Assembly (NCBI GenBank): GCA_951406725.2
Contig: OX597831.1
Location: forward strand, 15,004,001-15,068,000
Length of the DNA: 64,000 bases
Origin: Octopus vulgaris
Taxonomy: Eukaryota
Direction of reading: 5' to 3'
The translations under genes and the position numbers were made by a program. The notes beneath the pieces are model-generated. The model made no database searches and was not told the DNA's origin. It was given only the letters and a program-made list of their open reading frames with translations. Shown in pieces: positions 1 to 17,861 of this stretch (position 1 is the stretch's first letter; each line of letters starts with the position of its first letter).

Positions 1-1449
1 ACACACTCATATTATATGTATATATCTTTATACTGGTTTATACTGGTTGAACTCTTCGGCCATAATACACATTCTATCATCGCTTGCTTATTCCTGTTAA
101 AGTCGATATATATATATATATATCTGAAAATTACAGCCACTATTTTCACCTATCCTATTTCCTCCTTCTCCTCCTCCTCCTCCTCCCCCCTATTCCCTCC
201 CCCTCCTTCCCCTCCTCCTCTTCGTCTCTCTCTCTCTCTATCTCTGTTTCTCTGTATTTCTTCCTCTCCACCCTCGTCTTTCTAGTTTGATTATTGACTA
301 TAGAAATATGAAGTGCTTGCTAAAACCAAAAACAAATCTTTAAATCTATTTTTGTACCCAACCTTTGGCATTCGAATCTCTGGTCGTAGATATTCATTTG
401 GCAGTGTTGTTTCAATTGTGACTCTTCAGCTTTAGGGTGTTTTCCTATCAATCTCAGAATGTCTCAGAAGACTTGCAGAGATTCGTATACTGTCTCTTGA
501 TTATTTCCTAAGGCCATTGAACACAAATATTACAATACACTGACAAATTACATACATTTCGACAATCAGCTTCTATTAACATATCTCTGAATTTCAAACA
601 ATGTATTGGCATCTCTTTACAAATTAAGACCTCTTACTCCATTCAGCCATTATCTGCCGATACCAAAACACACTTTTACAAGCAAATATTATGGTATCAC
701 ATATTACCGGTATAGGATGGATCGAGAAGTTAGGTTTTTCATTTCATCATGAAAAAGTACCGAGTTCGATACCACTGCACAGTATCTTGGCCAAGTGTCT
801 TCTGCGTACCATTTGGTTTCATACAATTATTGGGAAGGAAAACAGCAGTTGATTTGAAGCTTTTCCAGCGGTTCATGTATAATATTACTTTATGCAGTCT
901 ACTTTAGCGTAAACATAAAGACCAGGTCCCCCACAAAATGATTCGTAAATTAGCAATTCTATGAAGCTCGCTTTAAGATTTTTACTCAATAGATGAAACG
1001 CAGAGCTCATATCCTTTTAAATGTCTCAATCATTGATAATATTTTCCTACGTCTTGTGAAAGTCTGTCGATATTTGCCACAGAGTAGACACCATTCGGCA
1101 ATAGGGCTTATAGTGATGTTAAAACGAGAAACGGATTAAGGTTACCATCAACCCAAATATGAATGATCTTCTTACCTCTACGAAATTACTCTCAGAATGT
1201 CTCATGGCTGCTCCGAGGAAATGGTAGGAGATACTATACTGTTCACAGAGTGACTTAATCAAATTCAGTCCGAGACTACCAAAAATGCGGGTGGAACATC
1301 TAAACAACATTTCTATATCTACGCCGATTATTTGCCATAGCAAACCAACGGCTACAGAGTGGTTTTCGTTCCTTGACTCCCTTCTTTCTCAAAAGTTTCA
1401 CGACATTCATAGAAGCTGCATTTTTTTGTTGTTGTTGATAAAATACACC

Positions 1450-1715
1450 ACAATATTGGATCCAAAGTTTGGCAGAAGACCAGAAATTCTGTGGGAGTGG
1501 TAAAGCGATTATATTAACCCCGAAATGATCCACGGCAAATTCGACCGCGGCGGAAATAAAATCTTAATTTTCATTTCAAAGTTTGGCACAAGGCCAGAAA
1601 TTTCGGTGTTAGGATTAAATCGATTACATCGACCTCCCCAAGCCACGCTTGCTCGAGTGTTACTTATTTTATCTGCCTCCAAAAGATTTAATGACAAAGT
1701 CGACGTCGGCAAAAA
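1450..1715 (-). mobile_element. Two tandem truncated fragments of SINE family C
   Basis: Repeated 'caaagtttggcac/gaagaccagaaatt...cgattacatcgacc...aaagtcgac' blocks match the copies at 32230-32668. Confidence 0.6.
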
Positions 1716-3008
1716 TAATCCCAATATTAAAATAGATTAGAGCTAATCTTCATATATTCACATTTACAAGCTTAAATTATAACCCTGCTTAATATAGAAA
1801 TTTAAGGATTTATACCGGAGATATGTAATATGGCTTTCAGAACAATAACTGTGAAAGGTGATATACAGAATTTAGGGTCATTTTATCCATTTCGTTTGTC
1901 CATTTTAGCCGCTTCGATTTGTCAAGGCGTGTCAAGGTCTTGGGCTGTGTATTCTGCTTCAGTGAAATATATAGTCGTTCTTACCGAAATGTGGTCAAAA
2001 TAATTGAAAGAGAAACGTTACTGTTGAACGTTTTGTAGTCCATAACTGTTTGGAATAAATTTAGTTAAAAGTTGTAGAGATATCTCAAGTGAATAAAAAA
2101 TATTTGGTTCCTAAGCTTTCACAACAGGTATTTAAATATGTTGAATTAAAAGAGGACATATAAATAATTGGAGAAAAGAAAGGTGTCAGAGAAAACAAGA
2201 GTGTGTAAGTTATACGCGTCTACTTGCATGCGTTCGTGCGCGTATCCAGCTGTGTGTTAAATTAAACAAAAAACTGCACCCCACCTGACCCAAACGTACA
2301 CAGATAAGGGGTTGGTAAAAGGGTCTTAGTGACAGTCGAAAAATTTAAAGAAGCAGATGCTGCTCAAAATCAAAAGTGCAACTCTGTTTAAAACCGCAAA
2401 TATTCCATATGGAACTTTTGCATTGTAATAGCGTTGAAAAACAGTGGCACTGAAACAGTTGTAACTGGTCGGTAAACGTGCGCCGAACTCAGTCTTCGTC
2501 TCATTATTTGGATTTCATTTTATTCTTCGCTACATCCATTGTATTAGACATTGTATTTAACGGTGCGAAAACAGGATTATTTTTACATCACCAAAATTTC
2601 GATCTTCCTTAAGACTCCAGTTCTAGAATGTAGGTAACCTCATCCATAGATTCAGTGCTGCTTAGAAATATAATGATTATCTACCTTTTAAGAACCAAAA
2701 TGCATACGTATGAGTGTGTGTATGTATGTAAATATATAGATAGAATAAATTGTGATCCAGCTGGTTCATTGCATCGGATAATGTATAACACTTATATACA
2801 GGAGAAAGAAAAAGTTATCTAAATATAGCAGGAGATCCTGGCAATCCGAGAGTGGAAGTTCTTTATCATTTTTCGTAGACAAATACAGATCTGGGTAGCC
2901 ATACAATAATGATGAGTTAGTAGGGAGTTTGAGAGTTCTCTCATGTTGAGTCAACCTGGATAGACAAAAGAAATCCATAGGGAAAAACCACTTAATAGAT
3001 AGGGAAGT

Positions 3009-3217
3009 GTAAGGAGTTCTTTACAGCTGTTTCTGGGGTTGGTGCAATTAAACCTATTCCTTTTGCTTATATATAAATAAGGTAGATTGGTGCAATTTAC
3101 TGCATATAGAGGAGGACAGTCAATTTCACCAATCTATCTTACATATATGTTGGAAAAATTCACAGTTATGTTTCTAAGGTGCACCTAGACCAGAAACAGT
3201 TGTAAAGTACTACATAC
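3009..3217. repeat. ~210-bp imperfect palindrome, probable inverted Penelope-like terminal-repeat remnant
   Basis: ctttacagctgtttctggggttggtgca (3019) pairs with tgcacctagaccagaaacagttgtaaag (to 3207). The inner arms ataaggtagattggtgcaatttactg and cagtcaatttcaccaatctatctta also pair. Each arm carries an outward-facing GAAACAG(C/T)TGTA. Confidence 0.65.
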
Positions 3218-4455
3218 AAAAGAACTAGAGTAAACAACTTTCAAACAGTGCTCATGTCAAGCTGTATTCTCTTATAGAATTGTATACAAACTTTGAGATT
3301 TCTAAAACTTGTGCAATATTTGAGACTTGTAGGACGAATGAAACGTCTAGAATGGAAGACATATATTTCTCAGTCGTGGTTGAGGAACAGGTTAAAGGGA
3401 AACAGCTACAACAGGTTCGACAACAACAACATTAAAACACAATTACCAAAACGACCTCCAATTGCAACAATAATTTACAGTTCATCTTTCAAATTCTATT
3501 ATTCAGAGGACTTAAGCAAAAAAAAATCGTCAAATGCTTTCGAAAGCTTTCCGAACCAAACAGTAATAAAATGTAATCAAAGTACGGGAATAAACTCGCT
3601 CGATATTACATTACACTCTGATGTGACGTAGATTTTAAATTCATTCTCATAATATTTAATCAACTCTCATCCACATGAATTACATCCACCACCAGCACCA
3701 CCATTGTAATAACTATCACTTCCATCAAATATACTTGTATTATTAATATGACGTCACGACGATCCCCAGCACCACTCAGAGCAGTCCGTACTTAACTGCC
3801 AACTTCTGCATTTCACCTCGCATAAACCCGTTACAGTAAAAAGAGATAAAAACATTTATTTCTGACAGTTGAGACACCTTTATTTCTCCTCCTATTTCGC
3901 CCATGGGATATTTTCATCTTCATCAGGATAATCACGATCCATATCCTCTCCCCTCCCCTCCTCCTCCCCGTCCTCCTACTCATCCTCATTATCATTATCC
4001 TCTTCGCCGTCGTTGATGTTATCCGTGTTAGTCACACCATCATCGTCCACGTCGTCATACTCCTCATCATCTATCATCATCATCATCACCATCATCATCA
4101 TCATAATCATCATCATCATCATCATCATCATCAGTAAGAGTAAAGCTACCATCACTGTCGTCGTTACCACGGTCATCCTCATATCATCATCATCATCAAC
4201 AACAACAACAATAATACCATCATGAATTCAAACGCTACAATCAGAACATCAACCAGCTCCACCTCCAGTTCCACCACCATAATCACCTCCACCACCTCCA
4301 TCTGCATCTCCATTTCAACTCCCAACAGCCCCCACCTCTGAAAATCTCGTATTTACCCCCACTTCTGCCCATACTTCTAAACCTGACCGTTACAGAACAT
4401 ATTGATTCATGGAATGATTATGAGAAGGTATGCATCAAAAACGAAATATTAAACA

Positions 4456-5017
<562 letters not shown>

Positions 5018-6060
5018 ACCCATACATTTCGCGGCATATTGCAGCAGTTCTTCATTACTATTTATCAAATACTCGGCAAGTGTTCTCCTTCCACTCCTTA
5101 TACAATGGTCTATACTAATTACTTCTCTGCCACCATTCTTTCTTTTCATATACGGTCTGTGTACGTTTGATTTATGGTGTAGCGCCCCATGCAACATCAT
5201 CAACTTTCTTGTCCTTCTATCCAATGTTAATATTTTCAGCTTAGTCCATTTGAGGATGGACGCAGTATATCTGACCACCGCAACTGTCCAGGTATTCATT
5301 GCGGTAATTAAATGTTTGGCATTCACGTTGGATTTCAACACCATCTTCACTAATTTTCGATACGCTTCGGTGAGCTGTTATCCAGCTCCCAAATCCCTAA
5401 ATATCTATTCTGACTACTGTTGGGTTCACCCATGTTCTTTCGTAATGGTAGCCGCAAACCTCTGAAGGAGTCTTTCTTCCCTCTTTTCATGTTAAGTACT
5501 GAGCATTTAGTAATCCCAAATTCTATACCAGTCTAACAACCACACTTCTGGACTGTTTTTGTTAAAGAATCTATCTGTTTCTCAGATTTTCCAAACGATT
5601 CCAGGTCATCCATAAACAGAAGACGCTTCAAGGATGGGCCATTCTTCCCACATCTGTAAATCACCTTAACTCACCTGAGTGTTGTTGTTATGGGTGTTAG
5701 TGCAGTTTCAAATAGAGACGGAGGAAACGAGTTACCTTAGAATATGTCCATTTTAATATTGATTTCTCCAAGGAATACATTAATTGAGTACAATTTGGTT
5801 TTACATTCTTTCATGCTATGCATTAGAAAATTTGTCATGTTGTCAGCAACACCAAACATCTGCAGGCATTCAACGACCCAAGAATGAGACATCATAGCAT
5901 ATGATTTATTAAAGTCAATTCAAGCAATACACATATTTCTAAGATGTTTTTTACAATGCTACAAAACTCTTTTTACGATGACCAGGTGATAGTTGGGACC
6001 CTGAGAATTCTTCCCACATCCTTTTCATTCACAGAGTCTCTTTCCAGGATACTTAACACC
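5018..6060 (-). mobile_element. Degraded Dong/R4-clade non-LTR retrotransposon RT fragment
   Basis: Minus-strand translation, with stops and frameshifts, gives E*KGCGKNSQG...IA*IDFNKSY..MSHSWV...LLFMDDL...KSNVNAKHLITAMNTWTVAVVRY...DRRTRKLM..HGALHHKSNV.R.YMKRKNGGR. This is homologous to the 21543-22634 ORF. Confidence 0.85.
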
Positions 6061-6139
6061 GAGGTAACAATTACAAAATCTATGATATTTCGAATACAGA
6101 AGGTGTGTGAGCTTGTTCTATTTTCGATGATTGAGTTTG

Positions 6140-6335
6140 TATCAGGTGGACGAGGTTGAAAGTTGTGAGGAAAGAAGGCCCCCTCATCGATCAAGCCCTC
6201 ATCAACTCTTCTTGAGTTCCACGTGGAAAGGAAATTGAGGGTGAAGTGGAAAGTCCTAGTAAATTTGTGAAAAGATGGCTGACTGCGATGGAAATGCTTA
6301 GGGTGGATGGTTATACTCTAGGCATATTCCAGGAT
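6140..6335 (+). mobile_element. Short Tx1/L1-like LINE ORF2 C-terminal fragment
   Basis: Shares 'tcaagccctcatcaact...aaaggaaa' and the peptide WTRLK....G..IDQALIN with 19940-20120. Confidence 0.55.
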
Positions 6336-6445
6336 ATATATTTCTATGTATGCATACATGTATGTATGTCTGTCTGTATGTATCTATCTATCTGTGTGCA
6401 TGTGTTTGAATGTATGTAGGCATGTATGTGCGTATACATACATAC

Positions 6446-6534
<89 letters not shown>

Positions 6535-7029
6535 ACATAATATGTGTGTGCATATTCCGATAGCAATAGGCGTCGTACCTATTCCAAGGCTGATCGTGTA
6601 TTTTTGAGGTTTTTCGATTGGCCCTAGTTGCAGGTCCTCCTGTATTAATTGGCCAGTATACTTTTTATACTTAGTATACTTCCATGGCGTTTCAATGCCA
6701 TTTCCATTTTCTCCTCATTATTTATGCAACGCCAACACAGATTGTCTATGACTCTGTGGCTGATAGAAATTCTTAATATTCAGATTAGTATTTTTATTAT
6801 AAAACAAAAATCTTTATTGAAGCACGCGAAAAAGATTTGTTTAGAAAAATAAATGTATAAAACATTAAATTATCGAGAATTTAAAGCGTTTTTTCCTTTT
6901 AGAAAAATATAAGTGAACTCAGAAATCAAGCACCGAAATAATCCACATTTCAGCAAGGAAACGAAGAAGAAGGAGAAGTATATTGGACACGTTTAACGGA
7001 CCGTACTACTCTGCTTGTTGTGTCTATCC

Positions 7030-7830
7030 TCGACCAATGATAGAAATCCACCGTTAATACTCTCAGACATAGAATATGTGGGCAAACTCTGAATGAGGTT
7101 CATGCCCACCACTAGGCCTTTGTAGAATACATTGCTTGATATATGACTGGTCGTGTTGCTTGACTGCTAGAAAATCCTTTGATCACACTATATTCCGAGG
7201 GCCAAATCTTGATCTTTGCTTCTCCTAAGACTGCAGCATTTTCGAAGCGGAGAACTCTAGGGATAGAAACCTTATAAAAATTTACCGCATCTCGCAGGAG
7301 AGACAGATCTGCAAATGCTGTAGATTCTGTACATGCTTGTATCCTCAACGACAGCATGTCGAGTTCTTTACGCTGGGGATATTGGTGGCAGATGGGAAAG
7401 GATTTCTAACATCGTAGAATATGTGAAGATGAGCAAGCACCAAGGTCGAGTCGTAACAAGCAAAGACAATATATGCGTTTGTCACTCCTACCCAGCCTTT
7501 CAGGAATAGAAGCGTCTCAACGTATTTATTTCCCAGCCTTCTATTACTATTGCCAGTGTCACCATGTATCTGATTTTTTTTTTTGCGCAAATTTCAAGAT
7601 ACGAACTTAACTGAATCTACGGCCCAGAGCACTACATGATATGAAGTATATTCTGCTAAATTAGCGCAAAGCGCTCCAGGTCGTCCCGATGAATGCGTCC
7701 CCTTCTTAATATTTCGCTTATCATACATTATCTTACCAGTTATCTTGATTTCCGTACTGGCTGTTGCTTTGACGTCGACCACATACTTATATACATTTAC
7801 AGCTTCTTCTCTCCCTAGGTAGTTCTCAAC
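7030..7830 (-). mobile_element. Possible highly degraded MULE (Mutator-like) transposase remnant
   Basis: Read-through across a stop gives NLRKKKNQIH...KYVETLLFL...AYIVFACYDSTLVLAHLHIFYD. This resembles the '..FL..D.G...RILIFA....L..LA....W..DGTF' segment of animal MULE transposases. Pattern recognition only. Confidence 0.3.
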
Positions 7831-7879
7831 ACCTTTCGAGGTTGGCCGACAGCTGAAAGAACCAAATGGTAGAGAAACG

Positions 7880-8140
7880 ATGTACAGCCGATTGGTCAAA
7901 ATTTTGAGCATACCGCGATATCCCACCCCCATGATCTATAAAATACTGGATTTCAATAACATAGGATGACTTGATGCTATTTTCCATATCTGTATTAAGA
8001 ATTTTAGCAAATCCAGTCGGTATCTTGCAGATATTTGAAAACGCTTTCGTGGTTTTGTAATTGTTTACACTGTCGTGTTCTCGGACACGCTCATGCAATC
8101 TCAGCGTGCATTGTACATGTCATTCCAGTACACTGCCATC
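7880..8140 (-). mobile_element. Degraded GIY-YIG endonuclease fragment of a Penelope-like element
   Basis: Frameshifted QCTGMT / TLRLHERVREH...AKILNTDMENSIK..YVIE resembles the PLE EN pattern YIG.T.R.L..R..EH...KIL..E.N..KR..LE. Confidence 0.45.
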
Positions 8141-9115
8141 ATTGACGAATGGGATGTTCCAGAGTCGACACTAGACGCTTGGAAATATCCGACTGCTCTA
8201 CCGCTGTTGTAGAAGACACAGCAACAAATTAAAAAGCATTATTTTTGCTGCTATTCAAGCACTGGCTCACCATGTATATTAATGTACCTCATCTGTTCCT
8301 CGAATACCAGACGATAACGGAACAACTCTACTTTTTGCATTCCGCTTAAAACCAACAAAGTGTTACGTGCCGTTGGGAAGAAACAATAACATAATTATTG
8401 TATTATAGTATCTTTGTATTGTGTGGTCGAAATTTAGTTCAATTCAACTTTATTTGATTACTTCTGTTTCATTGTATTATATTTAACGGTTCTGGCGCTG
8501 CTTATCTTTTATTAGGCTGTTTCCAACGTAATAACACTATTGTTATATTATCGTAGAAACGCACAAATCTAATTGCATTAACAATAGACATGATAAATCT
8601 TCTGCTATTTTCTTGACTAAGATAACAAAGAGAAGGAAAGGAGAATCTGCTTTTATTAAACATTTTGAAAACAAAAGAAAAAAATGGCGGTGTATAAGAC
8701 TAACACAGAATGTGATTAGATTTTAATATGGCTGAGGATAAAATACACAAGGGAAGGTTTTGAATCAGTGTGTGTTTGTAAAAAGTATGTAATATAACAA
8801 TGAGGTCACAATCTTCATTCATCTGTATGAGATTGCTCTAATCGATATATGGGCAGTTTTTCTCAGTAGTGCTATTGAACAGAAGAGAATCCATACGCCA
8901 TGGGAGATAAATTCCAGAAAATTATTTTAAATAAATTTTTGGTCAATATAATGTGGAAACTTCATATCTACCTGAATGTATGTATACGTGCATATATGTA
9001 TGAATACATGTATGTATATCTGTATATATATGTATAGCATACGGTATTCAAGTTTGGGTTTCATCTTCAAAGAAACAGAAAAACTGCAGTCTATTTGTCT
9101 ATCTATCAATCTATC

Positions 9116-9180
<65 letters not shown>

Positions 9181-9550
9181 TCAAACTAAGCAACAAGGAT
9201 TTCCAAGGTACTGTAGTACAATTGTTTCGTGCTACTTCATTAAACACTGTAGCATTACGTCAGTTTTAAAACGTCGAGCAATCTTCAACCACTAATAGAA
9301 ATTTTCCAATCAAACGGACAATGCACATTCTTATACTATGTAGCTGAAAATTGCTCGATATTTTAAAACTGATGTAATACTTACAGTGTTTAATAAGATG
9401 AAGTAGCATGAAACAATCGTACTACTCTACCTTGGAAATCCTGGTTGCTTATTTTGATTACAATCACCCCATTTGATTTATATGGATAATACCATACAAA
9501 ATTCTGGTGATTTTAACTTAAGTACCATATTCTAAATTTTGCTGAAATTA
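9181..9550 (+). mobile_element. Penelope-like terminal repeat (pLTR) remnant with inverted partial duplication, inserted in (TA)n
   Basis: 9181-9300 is the reverse complement of ~9327-9457. 9330-9547 aligns with the minus strand of 44278-44500, which is linked to a PLE endonuclease. (TA)n flanks both sides. Confidence 0.75.
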
Positions 9551-9551
9551 A

Positions 9552-9589
<38 letters not shown>

Positions 9590-9639
9590 GAAACAAATAG
9601 AAGAATGAAAGAATATACTTCATATAATTATCTCCCTTG

Positions 9640-10590
<951 letters not shown>

Positions 10591-10734
10591 TTATACCTGG
10601 GGAATTTTGTGAGATCGTACTGAAGACCTCCTCGTATGATACGAGATTTTTTATTTCATTTTGTTACATATGTGAAATGCGTGTGTATATCCGAACCGAT
10701 TCAGATTTCAAACGATAAATTTTATTCCGGAATG

Positions 10735-13855
<3,121 letters not shown>

Positions 13856-14059
13856 GGCATTAATTTGAGAGTTGCTAAGAAATAATGGAAGCTGGATTGC
13901 AAAGCGGTGAAGGTGTCTATTGTTGGGTAAAGAGAAGAAACGGTTAGAGGGATGGGGGGTGGGGGGGGTGGAAGAACCGAAACATATTCGAGACAGTCAG
14001 AAGGAGGTAATTACGGGTATCAAATATGACGACGCAACTTCTCTAATTACACCGTTATC

Positions 14060-14690
14060 CTTTATCCTATACCTTTTTTTTATCTTTTGCTGTTGTTGTT
14101 TATTTTTTATTTCTGTTTATTTTTTTATTTTATTATTCGTGTTTTAGTTTTACTTTGTATTCAAACGCGCTCTTCTTTCAAATCTTGTTGTTGTTATTGT
14201 TCAGCTTCTTTATCTCCTCCTCCTACTCCTCCTACTCTTCCACCACCACCACCACCTCATCCAACCCTCCTCCTCCTCATTCTTCTTTTATACGGTATTT
14301 TTTATGTGTTCCTTCTTTTTTTCTTTTTTGTCTTCTTTTGATGTTGTTGTTGTTGTTGTTGTTGTTGTTCTTCTTCTTCTTCTTCTTCTTCTTCTTCTCC
14401 TTCTCCTCCTTCGCCTACTTTTTTCGTCTTTCCTTTTCTTCTTCATCATCTTCTCACTCTTTTCTTCTTTTTCTTCTACTTCATTTTCTCACCTTTTCTC
14501 CTCTCTTCATTTTCTTTTTCATTATCTCACAGTTTTCTTCTTTTTCTTCTTTTTCTTCTTCACCATCTTCACCATCTTCTCACTCTTTTCCTCTTCTTCT
14601 TCTTCTTCTTCTTCTTCTTCTTCTTCTCCTTCTTCTTCTTCTTCTCCTTCTTCTTCTTCTTCTTCTTCTTCTTCTTCTTCTTCTTCTCTT
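14060..14690. repeat. Pyrimidine-rich (CTT)n/(TTG)n low-complexity tract
   Basis: Directly visible. Confidence 0.9.
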
Positions 14691-14715
14691 TATTCCGTAC
14701 TTCTCATCTATTAGT

Positions 14716-14990
14716 GAGGGCGCATGGCGTAGCTGATAGGGTGTTACACTCACGAACTAGCGATCATAATTTCAATTCCTAGACCAGGTGGTACGTTGTG
14801 TTCTAGCGTAAAGCACTTCATCTCCCGTCGGTCTGCGATCGCTTCACCACCTGACGCGTGGAACACCGCGCACCCTTTTGGACAACATGGATTTGATGGA
14901 GGGAGTGTGGCACAAATATTTGAACATTTGTGCACTTCGTTCAACAACACCTGAGCGGTCATTCGTCGTGTTCGACGAAAGAGTCCGTCA
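14716..14990 (+). mobile_element. tRNA-derived SINE with family-B-like head and a different body
   Basis: 'gagggcgcatggcgtagctgatagggtgtt...tttcaattcc...cgttgtgttct' resembles the head of 50079-50406, while the downstream sequence differs. Confidence 0.6.
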
Positions 14991-14995
14991 TATAC

Positions 14996-15510
<515 letters not shown>

Positions 15511-15798
15511 GTTTTTGGTATGCATGTATGTATGTATGTATGTATGTGTGTGTGTGTGTATGTGTGTGTGTGTATATGAAGCATCGTGCGTGTCGGTTTG
15601 TAAATGCAGCTGCATCTAGCTGTGTCTGTGTGTTCGTTTTGTTGGCCTATGTTCCACGTCAACGTTTTGTATGTGCATATTATGTTTGTTCGTGTTTCTC
15701 TTTCTCTCTCTCTATACACACACACACACACTCACACACACACACGCACGCACGCACACGCACGCACACACACATATACACACACACACACACACACG

Positions 15799-15852
<54 letters not shown>

Positions 15853-16099
15853 TATATATCCGTGTATGAATTTCCAGCTGTGAGTTTTAATCTGAAAACC
15901 TTGGTCCTATTATTCGATGCGATTTCGTTAAGAAACCGACACTGGGACGACCCATTCTTTTACCACGTGTAGTACTTATTCCATCGTTCGCTTAAGCCGA
16001 AAATGTGTTACCGGACGAAGACAAACATCGGTTATCAAGCGTTGGGAGGGGGAAGAAACAGACACAAACACACACATATAGACATACACATATGCAAAA

Positions 16100-16162
<63 letters not shown>

Positions 16163-16164
16163 TT

Positions 16165-16239
<75 letters not shown>

Positions 16240-16366
16240 TCATACACATACATACATATAAATATATATTCATAAATATGTATACATGTATATATATATA
16301 TACATATAAATATATATATATATACATTTAAATATATATATATCTATATATATTTATATATATATA

Positions 16367-17826
16367 TTTTTTTTCGCTTGTTTCAGCTCAGAACTGCGGC
16401 CATGCTGATGCACCACCTTTTTGTGCTACACTGTAATTACGATGAAGCTCCTCTAATATGTGGCACTTGGTGAAGAATGGAGTTTGATATAGCTACTCTC
16501 ATTTGCACCTCTTGCCGTGAGGTAGGTTAATCTGGGACTCTCGACAGGAAGATGTCCAGCTTTGATTTAAAAACCGCTACATCTACTTTGTGCAAGTTCC
16601 TCAGAGTCTTTGGGAGAATATTAAAAAGCTGTGGGCCCTTGAAACCCAGGCTGTTGCAGAAGCTGGTCCTGAAGCGTGATGGCATTGCTGGGATCTTTGG
16701 CACTATGCAGTGTCGTCCCGTTCTAGCATTGGTGTAGCTTACAATGCCAAAATTTGGCACAATTCCTTCCAGGATCTTCCAGACATATATTACTGCATAC
16801 CTCTCCCGTCTTCTCTCCAGGGAGTAGAGTCTTAGCTTTTTCAACCTTTCCCAGTAGCTGAGCTGTTGCAAAGAGACGATCTTCTTTGTGAATCTTCTCT
16901 GGATTGCTTCAAGGTCTGCTGTTAATTTTACACAGGTGGGTGACCATTGCTGTGAGCAGCAATCCAGGCGGCTGAGGACGAATGTCCGCCAGATGACCAT
17001 CATTGTTTCCTTATCTCTGGTTCTGAATGTTCTTAGGATCCATCAAGCCAGTCGTCTGCACTTTGTCGCCATCCTGGTAATGTGCACTTGGAAAGAGGTA
17101 TCATCACTCATGTCGATACCCAGGTCTGGGATTGAAGTTCCCTGTGGACCGGTGTATCCTGTAAGTTTAATATTCAGATGCTGGTAGCGCAAGGCCTGGA
17201 ATTTTTCAGCATTAAACTGCATATTATTATCCTCAGACCATCTGTAGATTGAGTCCAACTCCTGCTACAGGTGTGCAACATCGCTGGGGTTCTGTATTTT
17301 CTGCGAGACTTTCGTATCGTCTGCATAGCTTGCCAAAGTGGCTATCCGGGCATTTGAGGGCGTATCTGAGAGGGCCACTATAAAAAGCAGTGGTCCCAAG
17401 ACAGTGCCCTGTGGAACACCGCTCACTATTTGTGTGTTCACAGAGGTGGCTCCATTAACCACTACTACCTGACTCCTATCTTTCAGGAAGTCATGTAACC
17501 ACACTCCAAGTTTTCCAGCTATGCCGAGGTCACGAAGTTTGTGGCATATCATACCATGATCCACATTGTCAAAAGCTTTTGCAAAACCAAAGTAGATTAC
17601 GTCCACATTTGATTTGTTGAGTAACTGCCTCAACACCCAGTCATAATGTTGTAAGAGCTGGGTCAGGCAGCTCCTACCTGGTTGAAAACCATGCTGGGTA
17701 TTACTCAGCAAGTTATTTTCCTCAAGGAATGCGATTAGTTTCTTTCTGACTATCCGTTCCATGACTTTGCTGATGTGTGAAGTCAGAGAGATAGGCCTAT
17801 AGTTTTTGGCATCTGCTCTACTTCCC

Positions 17827-17830
<4 letters not shown>
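16367..17830 (-). mobile_element. 5'-truncated CR1-clade LINE (RT domain, C-terminus, 3' UTR), inactivated
   Basis: NYRPISLTS..SKVMERIV...QHGF.PGRSCLTQL...AKAFD.VDH...SGVPQGTVLGPLLF...YADDTK...LYSLERRRERY, with an in-frame stop and a frameshift. Ends in an A-rich tail. Confidence 0.92.

Positions 17831-17858
<28 letters not shown>

Positions 17859-17861
<3 letters not shown>

Noticed and set aside
5018-6060. Fifth example of Dong (TAA)n targeting
   Set aside because: The adjacent array is in the opposite polarity and abuts an internal break rather than the element's 3' end.
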